Assembly: GCF_000143415.4 (NCBI RefSeq)
Contig: NW_003314295.1
Coordinates: forward strand, 372,001-436,000
Length of the DNA stretch: 64,000 nucleotides
Direction of reading: 5' to 3'
Source: Selaginella moellendorffii
Taxonomy: Eukaryota; Plantae; Lycopodiophyta
Shown: one piece after another, positions 13,154 to 25,568 of the stretch
How positions within the stretch are numbered: position 1 is the first letter of the stretch
Layout: each line of letters begins with the position of its first letter
Translations under genes and position numbers: made by a program
The notes under the pieces: generated by a model
Seen by the model: only the letters and a program-made list of their open reading frames with translations
What the model was told of the DNA's origin: nothing
Database searches by the model: none

Positions 13154-13724
13154 ATAGCAAAATATAAGTTTAAACAAGAAAAATTTAAAAGAAATGTTAC
13201 TTACAATGCTTATAGAAATATGGCAATGAATATGTGATTTCGCATGGAAGCATTATATATTTACACATGTGCAATTTTTTTAATTTTTTTTTTGAGTTAC
13301 ATGCAAAAATATTATGTATACAATCACTTTTCAATTGGTATATAAGCAATTAAAATGCCATTGTGTTGTCATGAGATATGTTACATATGAATGGGGCATA
13401 ACAACTTATATTACCATATATACATCATGCCATGTCATTTTAGACAATATGACATCATTGCAATTTAGCAAGGGTTTTTTATCTCATTCTTGTGAGTGCA
13501 AATTTATAATGAGTTAATTGTGATCATTTCTCTCCTCTCATTTCTCTTAGTTAAAATCCATTTTTCATGGTTATTGCTCATTTCTCACAACTATAGCTTA
13601 TTTCTTGCAATTGTGGCTCATTTCTCATAACTTAAAAGTGTTATGCATCTTAATCTATTTATTGCACCTTTCATTTTTTGTAATCTGTTTGCAGTATGAC
13701 ACTTTAACTTAGTGCCACAATAAG

Positions 13725-13875
13725 TGTGACCAATTAGAGTGTAGTGGCAAATGCAATTAATTAAAGTGTAATGGTGAGTGCAGTTGATTGGAGTGCGATG
13801 GCAAGCTTGATCAATTGTAGTGTGGTGGTAAGTGCAATTAATTGAAGCACAATAATGAGTTCAATTAATTGGAAT
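13725..13875. repeat. degenerate 27-bp tandem repeat in AT-rich spacer (also ~18905-19052, 27064-27215, 46318-46470, partial 61800-61886)
   Basis: Recurring CAATTRATTGGAGTGYRRTGG with ~27-bp period. Confidence 0.7.
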
Positions 13876-14542
13876 ATAGAAGCAAAACACTTCTTTAGTT
13901 TTTTCTCAATTGTGTAACTTTCTCTAGGATTTACTCACATAAAAGTTCCTTCATTTCTTCATTTGTTGCAAAACCATTAACTTACAAAGTATTTTTCATT
14001 ACCTTTATCAAAGAGAGTGTCTAAAGAGCCTGTAATATTTTAAAATTTAACTTGCACATTTGAAAAACGTCACCCAAAAACTTAACCCTATTGACATGTA
14101 AAAACAAAATTTAAGATGGGATGCAAAAAATTATATATATGGCATTATTTTATGAGTCATACACATGTGTTACAATAATTTAAACACGCATGTGTTTTAT
14201 TTTCATATATTTTGCAAATGTGAAAGATATTTTACTAAATTATCTATCTTAGGTACATCTCCCCTCTTGGGAGGTGTACCTCCCCCCAAAATGCTTCAGA
14301 ATTTAATAGTGTAAAGATAATAAATGAAAATATATTAAAACTTAAACATGATAATTTAAAAAAAATAACTAAAACTTTAGAAATAATATAGTAAATTGTT
14401 ATTAAATCATCTCTTCTAATAAAAAGTATGCTTTAAATTTTTATAAGAAATTCTTTATCATGCTCAGATAATTATTATTATTTAGATTTTGATCATAATT
14501 TTCAGTGGCAAATAGATCATTTGGATCAAATTTTCATCCACC

Positions 14543-14803
14543 CTAGAAGGGAGTGGCATCGTAGAGAGGAAATGCCAGGTTGAGGATCTTCCTCAGCTCC
14601 TCCTTGGACACTTTAGCCTTGAGCAATCCAGCGGAGCTCCCCTCCACAATTGATCTGGGCAAGCCCAGCACGCTCCTACACATGCGCTGGAGCTTGCTCC
14701 CCTGCATCTTGAAGCTCATCTCAAGCTCCTCGGACTCAGCTGCCGACCTCGTCTTTTTGAGCACAAGCGCCACCACTGGCTCGTGGCGCTGCTGCTGCCG
14801 CTC
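14543..14803 (-). pseudogene. 3' tail fragment of B3 gene
   Basis: Near identical to 62539-62799; truncated at GCCGCTC. Confidence 0.85.
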
Positions 14804-14854
14804 TAGCAGGGAAATCTTTTATTGACTGCTATTGACTGGGCATTGACTGGGCCG

Positions 14855-15133
14855 TTAGCTCGCCTGCTCTGTGTGATCCTCTTCTTCCTGTGCTCCTTTT
14901 TGAGCGGCAATAAGGAGAGCCTGGCTATGGCGGGGATATGTGTGGAGAGGCAATTCCTGCGCACCTTCACAAGCGACTAGGCGTGATGGGACTACTGTTA
15001 TAAGTGCCACTACATCAAAGGCAACAGTGAGATTTGCAGCACTGGAGTTTGCCATCACCTCAAATGCAATTGTATCACCCCTGCAGCTGAATCGCGTAGT
15101 AAAATCCTGTTACTCCAAAGTCTCAATTGTTAA
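14855..15133 (+). pseudogene. defensin-like Cys-rich secreted peptide pseudogene, family 1
   Basis: Single frame LARLLCVILFFLCSFLSGNKESLAMAGICVERQFLRTFTSD*A*WDYCYKCHYIKGNSEICSTGVCHHLKCNCITP...; signal-like N-terminus, GxC-x4-CxC. Confidence 0.7.
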
Positions 15134-15454
15134 AAGTTTATTATATAAGCACACTTACCAGAGAGAAGAATAGTAATTGGCACACAACAGTTACTTCAAT
15201 AGTTTGGTTGTTTTTCACTTGCAAGGGCATTCAATGAGAAACAAAGAAAAGAAGAACATTGAAAAGCGATTCTCCTCAATCACAAAGTTGAGAAGAGGAA
15301 GTAGAAATTCGTTTTTTCCTCTCTTAACCTGTCCTCCACGTCTTCCATAATTCCTAACTGATGTTCCATATCAAAAGCTATCAGCTCAGACTCAAGAAAT
15401 TCTTCTTTCTTGTGAAGTGCTCGATCTCGTTAACTTCTCCCCGATTTTGCGGAA

Positions 15455-16300
15455 TGCAAGGCAAATTTCGTGGGAGCTTTATCCAGCGAATTGAATCCCA
15501 GGAGCGAAAGCTGGTGGAAGACTTGCTGGACGACTTGGACTGGTGGGGAGAGAACCAGATTGGACGCACGATGCTCGACGGATGGCGAGGAGATTAAGTC
15601 CTGGAAGCAGAGAGTTGACGCCATCAACGAGCTCAGTGAAAGCTGGGAAAAATCCAGGGACAGAAGCGAGTGAAATTCCGCTTCTAATCGCTTCGAAACT
15701 CTGGTTGAATCCACGAATTTCTGGCTCCTCGCTCCTGAGCTCTTCAAATCGGTCGAGAGCATAAAACAGATTTAAAAATATTTCAGTAAACCGGTTAAGT
15801 TGCTGAAAACCTTTATCTTAAAGATGGTGAAACAATATTTGGCGAAAAACGTAGTATATTCGTTTGTTTCGTATAGGGTTTGTGATTGTAAAAGGGAGAC
15901 GGGAAGAACTTCTCACGAGCAGAGCAGATCGGAGATGGTGGCGGTGAACGTTGAGCGGTATGTTGAGCTCAAGCGCATGATCGACGACTTGGCGATCGAG
16001 GCTGGTAACAATAGGAGCATCCGGGTGAAACAATACGATAGCTTCGACTTCGCGGACTATGATCACTGGGCCGAGACCAACAACAAGAGGGCGCTCAGGC
16101 CGGACTGCCATTACATGGAGGACGAGGTGGCGTTGGATCCTCCCCATGCCGACCGGATCACGCGGATGGTGGCCGTGGCGCTCCAGCAAGAGGAGGAAGA
16201 CAACAGGAGGCAACTGGCTAAGGAGGTGAACCACTTCACAAGGCAACTGGCGCTTCAGCAACAACAAGCCGGGCCACTGAGCAAGAGAGCTCGCCACTGA
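15455..16300 (+). pseudogene. 3' fragment of CR-like NTPase gene; last-exon ORF intact (15935-16300)
   Basis: Near identical to 6770-7621. Confidence 0.7.
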
Positions 16301-17019
16301 TCGTCAAATCATCCCCTGGAGTGATGATCGAAAACAATCTTGTATCACAAGCTCCAACAAACGTGCGAACAAAGCAAGCTCCTGCCAGGGAGCACAAACT
16401 TTTGTTGTTTGTACTTCATATACCTGGCAATGAAGAGATCTTTCCAGTTCTATGAGCCGTAGTGGCGTTCCATCTCACGGAATATGGCCGTGAGTCATTT
16501 GGGTCTTCCTTTACCTAATAAGCCCTAGCTAGAGCTACATTATGAGCGAAGGAAACGTTGCTGCGTTGTTAGCTGCCAGGATATGCCGTATTATTGGTGC
16601 AAAGAAAATGTGTACAAGTGCTCCAGTGGTGCCTGATCAAGAACATCAATACTCAAAGTCTATACTGATGAATTCAACCTCTAAGGAAAAAACGTTTGTT
16701 TTGTTTTTTTGAAAAAAACAATGACTCCCTCTTCTCAACTTTATGATTGAGGATAATGGCTTTTCAATGGTTCTTCTTTTCTTCTTTTCCTTGTTTCTCA
16801 TCGAAGGCTTGTGTTCTTGCTCCCGCTTCACCACTGCCCTTGCAAGTGAAAAACAACCAAACTACTGAAGTAACTGCTCTGTGCATCATGTTTTCTTCGA
16901 ATCTAAGTACTATTCTTATGCTCTCTCTGGTTCCACTTGCAAGAACAAACATGAATTTAGAGACGAGTCATTTAAAATGAGATCTTTGCTTATAAACTTT
17001 TAATAACAGATTAAGGAAA

Positions 17020-17266
17020 TGGAGACTTTTGAGCAACAGGATTTTACCATGCGATTCAGCTGCAGGGTTTACTCGAGGTGATGGCAAACTCCAGTGTTGC
17101 AAATCTCACACTTGCTGCCTTTGGCACTTCTGGCAGTAGTCCCGGCACACCTGGTCGCTTGGAGGTGCACAGGAAGTGCCCCTCCACACATACCCCCGCC
17201 ATAGCCAGGCTCTCCTTGTTGACCACTCCAGGTAAACGAGCAAGTCCATGAGGTGAGCTTGGCCAT
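17020..17266 (-). pseudogene. defensin-like pseudogene, family 2
   Basis: Same Cys pattern, frameshifted. Confidence 0.55.
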
Positions 17267-17463
17267 TTTGGAGAATATATATTCCATTTCCCACTAAGGC
17301 TGTGGGTGGTAATGTTTTTCACAGGGTTAGTAGCCTCACAAACTGTTGTTGATTTCTTCGAACATGGCATGGTTTAGATGCTCTAAGACAAAATGGAGAC
17401 ATCGCTTTTTTTCGTCCAAGAGGAGAAACAAAGAACAAACAACATGGTACGTACCTGAGGAAA

Positions 17464-17667
17464 ATGTCTGAGAAAAGAATGATAAAGAACAAGAAGACGA
17501 GGTCGGCAGCCGAGTCCGAGGAGCTCGGGGTGACCGTAAAGATGCACGGGAGCAAGGTCGAGCGCATCGTGCAGGGCAGCTTCGATGGATCGCTCAAGGC
17601 TAAAGCATCCGAAGAAGAGCTGAGGAAGATCCTCCGCCTGGCATTTCCTCACTATGATGCCTTCTAG
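17464..17667 (+). pseudogene. diverged paralog of B3 C-terminal tail
   Basis: ORF MSEKRMIKNKKTRSAAESEELG...LAFPHYDAF. Confidence 0.7.
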
Positions 17668-19432
17668 TGGAAAACTGATAAGAACTGATGTCTTGAGATG
17701 TATTTTAACTTAGAAATGTATTTTCCTTTTACACAACAACTATTGGAGCAATCGATTTCACTGAATGAAGAAATCCGTGTTTTGGTGGTGGCAACTGTGA
17801 TGGCAGGTCCTTGTCCTCGCTAGATTTGCTTTTTGACTCTTTGGGACAACTTTTGGACGTGCTAGCCTCCACTGCATTGATCACAACCAAGATCCTAGGT
17901 TATATACAAACTGAAAAGGGTTGAGACAAAAGTGAGGCATATATAGCTTTTAGTGTGAATATTCTTTATTTTATTCTGGTCTAAGCTGATGTCTTAAGAA
18001 AAAAAATTATAATAATAAAAACATAAATAGAAATAAAAAATATATTATGATTTAATATTTGAGCTTTTATCCTCATTGAAATGCCACATCCACTTGCATG
18101 GTTTCCTAGCTTGCTATATCACTCCAAAGGTTCTAGGCATTATAAAATGATTAGAAAATCAATGCTAAAGTAAAGATAAATCTTTTGATTAGGTATATCT
18201 CGAAAGTAAATGAATTGTTTGGCCATGAGGTATAAAATCCTAAACTTCCCTTCTAACATTATAGGTATTAATATAAACTTACTTCAAGAATTATTAGTAT
18301 TAAAAATATTAGTTAGGTTTTTAATAATTGACAGCAAAAAGAAATATAAGTTTAAGCAAGAAAAATATAAAAGAAATGTTACTTACAATGCTTACAGAAA
18401 TATGGCAACGAATATGTGATTTCGCATGGAAGCATTATATATTTACACATGTGCGAATTTATTTTTTTGTTTTGAGTTACATGCAAAAATATTATGCATA
18501 CAATCACTTTTCAATTGGTATATAAGCAATCAAAGTGCCATTGTGTTGTCATTGAGATATGTTATATATGCATGGGGCATAACAATTCATATTACTATAT
18601 ACACATCATGCCATATCATTTTAGACAATATAATATCACTGCAATTTAGCAAGGGTTTTTTTTCTCGTTCTTGTGAGTGCAAATTTATAATGAGTTAATT
18701 GTGATCATTTCTCTCCTCTCATTTCTCTTAGTTATAATTCATTTTTCATGGTTATCACTCATTTCTCACAACTATAGCTTATTTTTTGCAATTGTGGCTC
18801 ATTTCTCACAACTTAAAAGTGTTATGCACCTTAATTTATTTATTGCACCTCTCATTTTTTGTAATCTATTTGCAGTATAACACTTTAACTTAGTGCCATA
18901 ATAAGTGTGATCAATTGGAGTGTAGTGTGCAATCAATTGGAGTGCAATGGTGAGTGCAATCTATTAGAGTGCGTTGGCGAGCTTAATCAATTGGAGTGTG
19001 GTGGTAAGTGTAATTAATTGAAGCATAATGATGAGCTCAATCAATTGGAATATAGAGGCAAAATAATTATTTAGTTTTTTCACAATTTTGTAACTTTCTT
19101 TAGCATTCACTCACGTAAAAGTTCTTTCATTTCTTCATTTGTTGCAAAACTATTAACTTATAAAGTATTTTTCATTACCTTTATCAAAGAGTGTTTAAAG
19201 AGCCCATAATATTTTAAAATCTAATTTGCACATTTGAAAAACATCACCCAAAAACTTAACCCTATTGACATGTAAAAATAAAATCTAACATGGGATGCAA
19301 AAAATTATATATATGGCATTATTTTATGAGTCACACACATGTGTTACAATAATTTAAACACACGTGTTTTATTTTTATATATTTTTATTTTATTTTTATT
19401 TTTATATTTTTGCAAATGTGAAAGATATTTTA

Positions 19433-19485
19433 CTAGGTTATCTATCCTAAGTACATCTCCCCTTTTGGGAGGTGTACCTCCCCCC
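19433..19485 (-). mobile_element. candidate Helitron 3' terminus (also 14235, 27573, 47118, 62246)
   Basis: Minus strand: hairpin AGGTACACCTCCC-loop-GGGAGATGTAC(C/T)T, 12-nt spacer, CTAG then T; CTGG in the 62246 copy. Confidence 0.45.
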
Positions 19486-19713
19486 AAAATACTTCAAAAT
19501 TTAATAGTGTAAAGATATTAAATGAAAATATATTAAAACTTAAATATGATAATTTTTAAAAAATTAACTCATCTCTTCTAATAAAAAATTATGCTTTAAA
19601 TTTTTATAAAAATTTCTTTAACATGCTCAGATAATAATAATTATTTAATTTTTAATCATAATTTTCAATGGCAAATAGATCATTTTCAAGTTTTGGATCA
19701 AATTTTCATCCAC

Positions 19714-19970
19714 CCTAGAAGGGAGTGGCATTGTAGAGAGGAAATGCCAGGTTGAGGATCTTCCTCAACTCCTCCTTGGATAGCCTTGAGCAATCCAGCG
19801 GAGCTCCCCTCCATGATTGATCCAGGCAAGCCCAGCACGCTCCTACACATGCGCTGGAGCTTGCTCCCCTGCATCTTGAAGCTCATCCCAAGCTCCTCGG
19901 ACTCGGCTGCCGACCTCGTCTTTCTGAGCACCAGCGCCACCACTGGCTCGTGGCGCTGCTGCTGCCGCTC
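19714..19970 (-). pseudogene. 3' tail fragment of B3 gene
   Basis: Homolog of 14543-14803 with frameshift. Confidence 0.8.
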
Positions 19971-20021
19971 TAGCAGGGAAATCTTTTATTGACTGCTATT
20001 GACTGGGCATTGACTGGGCTG

Positions 20022-20291
20022 TTAGCTCGCCTGCTCTGTGTGATCCTCTTCTTCCTGTGCTCCTTTTTGAGCGGCAATAAGGAGAGCCTGGCTATGGCGG
20101 GGATATGCGTGGAGGGGCAATTCCTGTGCACCTTCACAAGCGACTAGGCGTGATGGGATTACTGTTATAAGTGCCACTACATCAAAGGCAACAGTGAGAT
20201 TTGCAGCACTGGAGTTTGCCATCACCTCAAATGCAATTGTATCGCCCCTGCAGCTGAATCGCGTGGTAAAATCCTGTTACTCAATTGTTAA
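20022..20291 (+). pseudogene. defensin-like pseudogene, family 1
   Basis: ...GICVEGQFLCTFTSD*A*WDYCYKCHYIKGNSEICSTGVCHHLKCNCIAP... Confidence 0.7.
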
Positions 20292-20872
20292 AAGTTTATT
20301 ATATAAGCACACTTACCAGAGAGAAGAATAGTAATTGGCACACAACAGTTACTTCAATAGTTTGGTTGTTTTCACTTGCAAGGGCATTCGATGAGAAACA
20401 AAGAAAAGAAGAACATTGAAAAGCGATTCTCTTCAATCACAAAGTTGAGAAGAGGAAGTAGAAATTCGTTTTTTCCTCTCCTAACCTGTCCTCTACGTCT
20501 TCCATAATTCCTAACTGATGTTCCACATTTCATAATCTCTGTCCCATATCTTAGCAATTGAGTATGGATGTTCTTGATCAAGCCCCCCAAGGTCACTGGA
20601 GCACTTCTACACATTTTCTTTGCACCAATAATACGGCATATCTTGGCAACTAACAACGCAGCATCGTTTCCTTTGCTCGTAACATAGCTCTAGCTAGGGC
20701 TAAAGGAAGACTCAAGATGGAACGCCACTAAAGCTCAAACACTAGAACTGGAAAGATCTCTTCATTGCCAGGTATATGAAGTACAAACAACAAAGGTTTT
20801 TTGCTCCTAGTTTTAGTAATGCTTGTGATACAAGATTGTTTTCGATCATCCCCCAAGGGGCTGATTCGATGA

Positions 20873-23201
20873 TCAGTGGCGAGCTCTCTTGCTCGGTGGC
20901 CCGGCTTGTTGTTGCTGAAGCGCCAGTTGCCTTGTGAAGTAGTTCACCTCCTTAGCCAGTCGCCTCCTGTTCGCTTCCTCCTCTTGCTGGAGCGCCAGGG
21001 CTACCATCCGTGTGATCCGGTCGGCATGGGGAGGATCCAACGCCACCTCGTCCTCCATGTAATGGCAGTCCGGCCTGAGCGCCCTGCTCCGCTCGTGAGA
21101 AGTTCTTCTGGACTCCTTTTTACAATCACTAACCCTATACAAAAACAAATGGATATGCCACTTTTTTGCCAAATATTCTTTCATTATCTTTAAGACAAAA
21201 AAAAGGTTTTAACCGGCTTACTGAAATATTTTTAAATTTGTTTTATATCTCCACAGATTTGAAGAGCTAGGAGCGAGGAACTAGAAATTCGTGGATTCAA
21301 CCAGAGTTTCGAAGACTTGTTTTGTCCCTGAATTTTTTCCATCTTTCACTGAGCTCATTGATGGCATCAACTCTCTGCTTTCAGGATTTAATCTCCTCGT
21401 CATCCATCCAAGCATCAATCCCGTCCTCAGCTGATCCAAGTCGTCCAGCAACAGTTTCTGCCACCAGCTGGGACGCTCTGCATGTATAGCCCCTGGTAAT
21501 TAATCCGCTGGAGAAAGCTCCCACGAAAATTCGCCTTGCATGTGCGCGGCTGCGGGGTTAAAAGGAGACTGCATAAACATGCACACACTTGTCAACTACA
21601 AAATCATGCAAGGAGAGTAGGGGAGAAAAACAAGAACAGTACACACACACCGAAACAAGAAACGCCAGGGGAAAAAAAAGTGGCAGCCATACCTCCAATG
21701 ATGTCCTCTAGATCCGTAATTGTACATGGCACCGTCTATCTCGTGCAGGGCGCTTCATCCAAACGCAATTAAAGCACATATGTAGCAGTATGGCATGCAC
21801 TCGCGCAAGCTTTTGCATGCGGTCCAGAACTTCCCTCTCCTCTCTTTCAAATGCTTCCCTGAAGCCCTTGCGTGAGTCGTCGTCCATGGGAGGCAGGACA
21901 ATGGTCATCTGGGGAATAGGCAGATCAAGCCTTTTCCACGAATGCCTGCCAGTCTTCGTAACCTTTGGCTGACCGTCTTCAATCACGTAGTCCCTCAAAC
22001 CCATGAAACTCCCCGCTTGCTTGATGCTTAACTCCTGGATTATAATTTATCATGTTCACAAGCTCCCCATTCCCCAGCACATCCCTGTATCGCCTCTTGA
22101 ACGCTTTCAACAGCTCCGAAGGCTTTTAGGCATCCATATGGAAAGTCACAAACCGGGCCTCATCCATTGTCGTCTCAGCGGCATCAGCACCATTCCGGGA
22201 TGGACTTGCAACGAGGACTGTCCTTCCTCGTGTGGCTCTATATCCTTGAAAGCTATTGTCCACAAGGAGCCAAGTCCCTGCTAAGTTTAACAGGTCTGTC
22301 GGAATTTTATACAAGCACCAGACCTCTCCACCCGGCGAGTTGATGATGAAGACCCTGGCATCCACAAACAGTTGCACTAAAACGTATGCTCCAGCTAGTT
22401 CCGCATCGCTGAGGAGCTCGCGAACGAAGTACCAGATGCAGCACGACTTTCCTATCCCCGGAGATGTGCGCGAAGATGCTGTGGCCGTGTCTCAGCTGAC
22501 GATAGATCTTCTCGTAAGACTTGCGAACGAGGATGTCGGCAGGGTTGGCTGTGAGCTCGGCTATGACGGCAGGGAGCCTCAGAAATCCTTCCGCATCCCA
22601 ACCCCTGCACAGGTGCGAGCGGGTGTCCGGGGGGAAAATCTTGTCCTTGTGCTTGTTTATAAAGTCCCTTTTGCCAAAGTTACAGATCATGGAAGGACAG
22701 AGGGAACATACACACAACGAAAACAAAAAGACTGTACCTTGAATGATATGCTCTGACACCATCGTCCACGGCTTCTTGTAAAAGAAGCTTAGGGCGCCAG
22801 CCGTAAGAACCTCTCCGACCCACACTTTGCCATTCTTTAGACAGAACTTGAGCTTGTCATCCCTCCATGCGAAAGTACACGATGCCACTCCTTCCTCATC
22901 CTCTTTCTCATCGTCCTCGTTCGCTTGCCACAGCCTCACTGAACCATAGTTTTTGTGAGAGCTACCTATAGAAAATGAGACGAAACAAAATCCATGGCTG
23001 CTGCTCTCTTGAAAAGAAAACAATGAGATTTGTAAAAAGATTGCTTTCAGCAATATTCTCTCCTTTCACTGCACAGCCCAGCAGCAGCACTAATAGAGAA
23101 GCAAGCATCTCTCCATCCCAAAATGAAACAGATAAATGCTTTTTGTGGGTTCCAGCTGAAGAAGAATCCATCGATTTTGTTACGATCATGTGAGAGAGCA
23201 C
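20873..23201 (-). pseudogene. Crinkler/RHS-like (CR) P-loop NTPase gene, multi-exon, frameshifted (copy 1)
   Basis: ILVRKSYEKIY..HIS/PGIGKSCCIWYFVRELL (Walker A), TWLLVD (Walker B), RTVLVASPS, later ASQLVAET and VFETLV. Confidence 0.75.
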
Positions 23202-23594
23202 TTACCTTGCAAGTCCTGCTTGCGGAGTAAAATTCCTAGAGCGTAGAAACAACTTTTACGACTTTGTAAAGTTTAAAAATTTGAACTAAGAACGGAGAGA
23301 GAAAAGCTTACTTACGACCAGAAAAGTCTCGAGAGTGAAAATAAAGACGAAAAGGGATGCCACTCACAAGTTTGAAATTCCTGAGATACATCTTCACTCC
23401 AGGAGCTAGGACAAAGTGCAATAAATAATGACTCCAGAAGCTTATGGATAAATAAACCACCATAAACCATTTCCTTTCGAAAAATAAAGGTGAAAAAAAA
23501 GTATCCCAAATCCAAAAGCTATCCAGCTCCGACCGAAGAAATTCTTCCTTCTTGCGGAGTGCTCGATCTCGTCAACTTCTCCCCGATTTTGCGG

Positions 23595-24433
23595 AATGCA
23601 AGGCAAATTTTTGTGGGAGCTTTATCCAGCAGATTGATTACCAGGTCCCAGGAGCGAAAGCTGGTGGAAGAAACTCATGCTGGTCGACTTGGAGTGGTGG
23701 GGAGAGAACGAGATTGGACGCATGATGCTCCGACGGATGGCACGTAGAAGCAGAGAGTTGACGCCATCAACGAGCTCAGTGAAAGCTGCGAAAAATCCAG
23801 GGACAGAAGCGAGTGAAATTCCGCTTCTAATCGCTTAGAAACTCTGGTTGAATGCACGAATTTCTGGCTCCTCGCTCCTGAGCTCTTCAAATCGGTCGAG
23901 AGCATAAAACAGATTTAAAAATATTTCAGTAAACCGGTTAAGTTGCTGAAAATCTTTATCTTAAAGATGGTTTGGCGAAAAACGTAGTATATTCGTTTGT
24001 TTCGTATAAGGTTTGTGATTGTAAAAGGGAGACGAGAAGAACTTCTCACGAGCAGAGCAGATCGGAGATGGTGGCGGTGGACGTTGAGCGGTATGTTGAG
24101 CTCAAGCGCATGATCGACGACTTGGCGATCGAGGCTGGTAACAATAGGAGCATCTGGGTGAAACAATACGATAGCTTCGACTTTGCGGACTATGATCACT
24201 GGGCCGAGACCAACAACAAGAGGGCGCTCAGGCCGGACTGCCATTACATGGACGACGAAGTGGCGTTGGATCCTCCCCATGCCGACCGGATCACGCGGAT
24301 GGTGGCCGTGGCACTCCAGCAAGAGGAGGAAGACAACAGGAGGCAACTGCCTAAGGAGGTGAACCACTTCACAAGGCAACTGGCGCTTCAGCAACAACAA
24401 GCCGGGCCACCGAGCAAGAGAGCTCGCCACTGA
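23595..24433 (+). pseudogene. 3' fragment of CR-like gene, head-to-head with copy 1; last-exon ORF intact (24068-24433)
   Basis: Inverted homolog of 20873-21540. Confidence 0.7.
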
Positions 24434-25124
24434 TCGTCGAATCATCCCCTGGAGGGATGATCGAAAACGATCTTGTATCACAAGCTCTAACAAACTTGTG
24501 AACAAAGCAAGCTCCTGCCAAGGATCAAAAACTTTTGTTGTTTGTACTTCATATACCTGGCAATGAAGAGATCTTTCCAGTTCTATGAGCTTTAGTGGCG
24601 TTCCATCTCGCGGAATATGGCTGTGAGTCATTTGGGTCTTCCTTTAGCTAAGAAGCCCTAGCTAGAGCTACATTACGAGCGAAGGAAACGTATTGGTGCA
24701 AAGAAAATGTGTACAAGTGCTCCAGTGGTGCCTGATCAAGAACATCAATGCTCAAAGTCTATACTGATGAATTCAACCTTTAAGGAAAAAACATTTGTTT
24801 TGTTTTTTGGAAAAAAAACAATGCGCCTACTCCCTCTTCTCAACTTTGTGATTGAGGATAATGGCTTTTCAATGGTTCTTCTTTTCTTCTTTTCCTTGTT
24901 TCTCATCGAATGCTTGTGTTCTTGCTCCCGCTTCACCACTGCCCTTGCAAGTGAAAAACAACCAAACTACTGAAGTAACTGCTCTGTGCATCATGTTTTC
25001 TTCGAATCTAAGTACTATTCTTACGCTCTCTCTGGTTCCACTTTCGAGAACAAACATGAATTTAGAGACGAGTCATTTAAAATGAGATCTTTGCTTATAA
25101 ACTTTTAATAACAGATTAAGGAAA

Positions 25125-25371
25125 TGGAGACTTTTGAGCAACAGGATTTTACCATGCGATTCAGCTGCAGGGTTTACTCGAGGTGATGGCAAACTCCAGT
25201 GTTGCAAATCTCACACTTGCTGCCTTTGGCACTTCTGGCAGTAGTCCCGGCACACCTGGTCGCTTGGAGGTGCACAGGAAGTGCCCCTCCACACATACCC
25301 CCGCCATAGCCAGGCTCTCCTTGTTGACCACTCCAGGTAAACGAGCAAGTCCATGAGGTGAGCTTGGCCAT
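25125..25371 (-). pseudogene. defensin-like pseudogene, family 2
   Basis: Essentially identical to 17020-17266. Confidence 0.55.
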
Positions 25372-25568
25372 TTTGGAGAATATATATTCCATTTCCCACT
25401 AAGGCTGTGGGTGGTAATGTTTTTCACAGGGTTAGTAGCCTCACAAACTGTTGTTGATTTCTTCGAACATGGCATGGTTTAGATGCTCTAAGACAAAATG
25501 GAGACATCGCTTTTTTTCGTCCAAGAGGAGAAACAAAGAACAAACAACATGGTACGTACCTGAGGAAA

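Noticed and set aside
13725-13875. CRISPR-like array
   Set aside because: Degenerate tandem repeats without unique spacers, eukaryotic context, no cas genes
14409-14430. Helitron 5' end ATCTCTTCTAATAAAAAG
   Set aside because: Other copies read TCATTTCATCTTCTCTTCT, so the motif arises from a small deletion; no matching plus-strand 3' end
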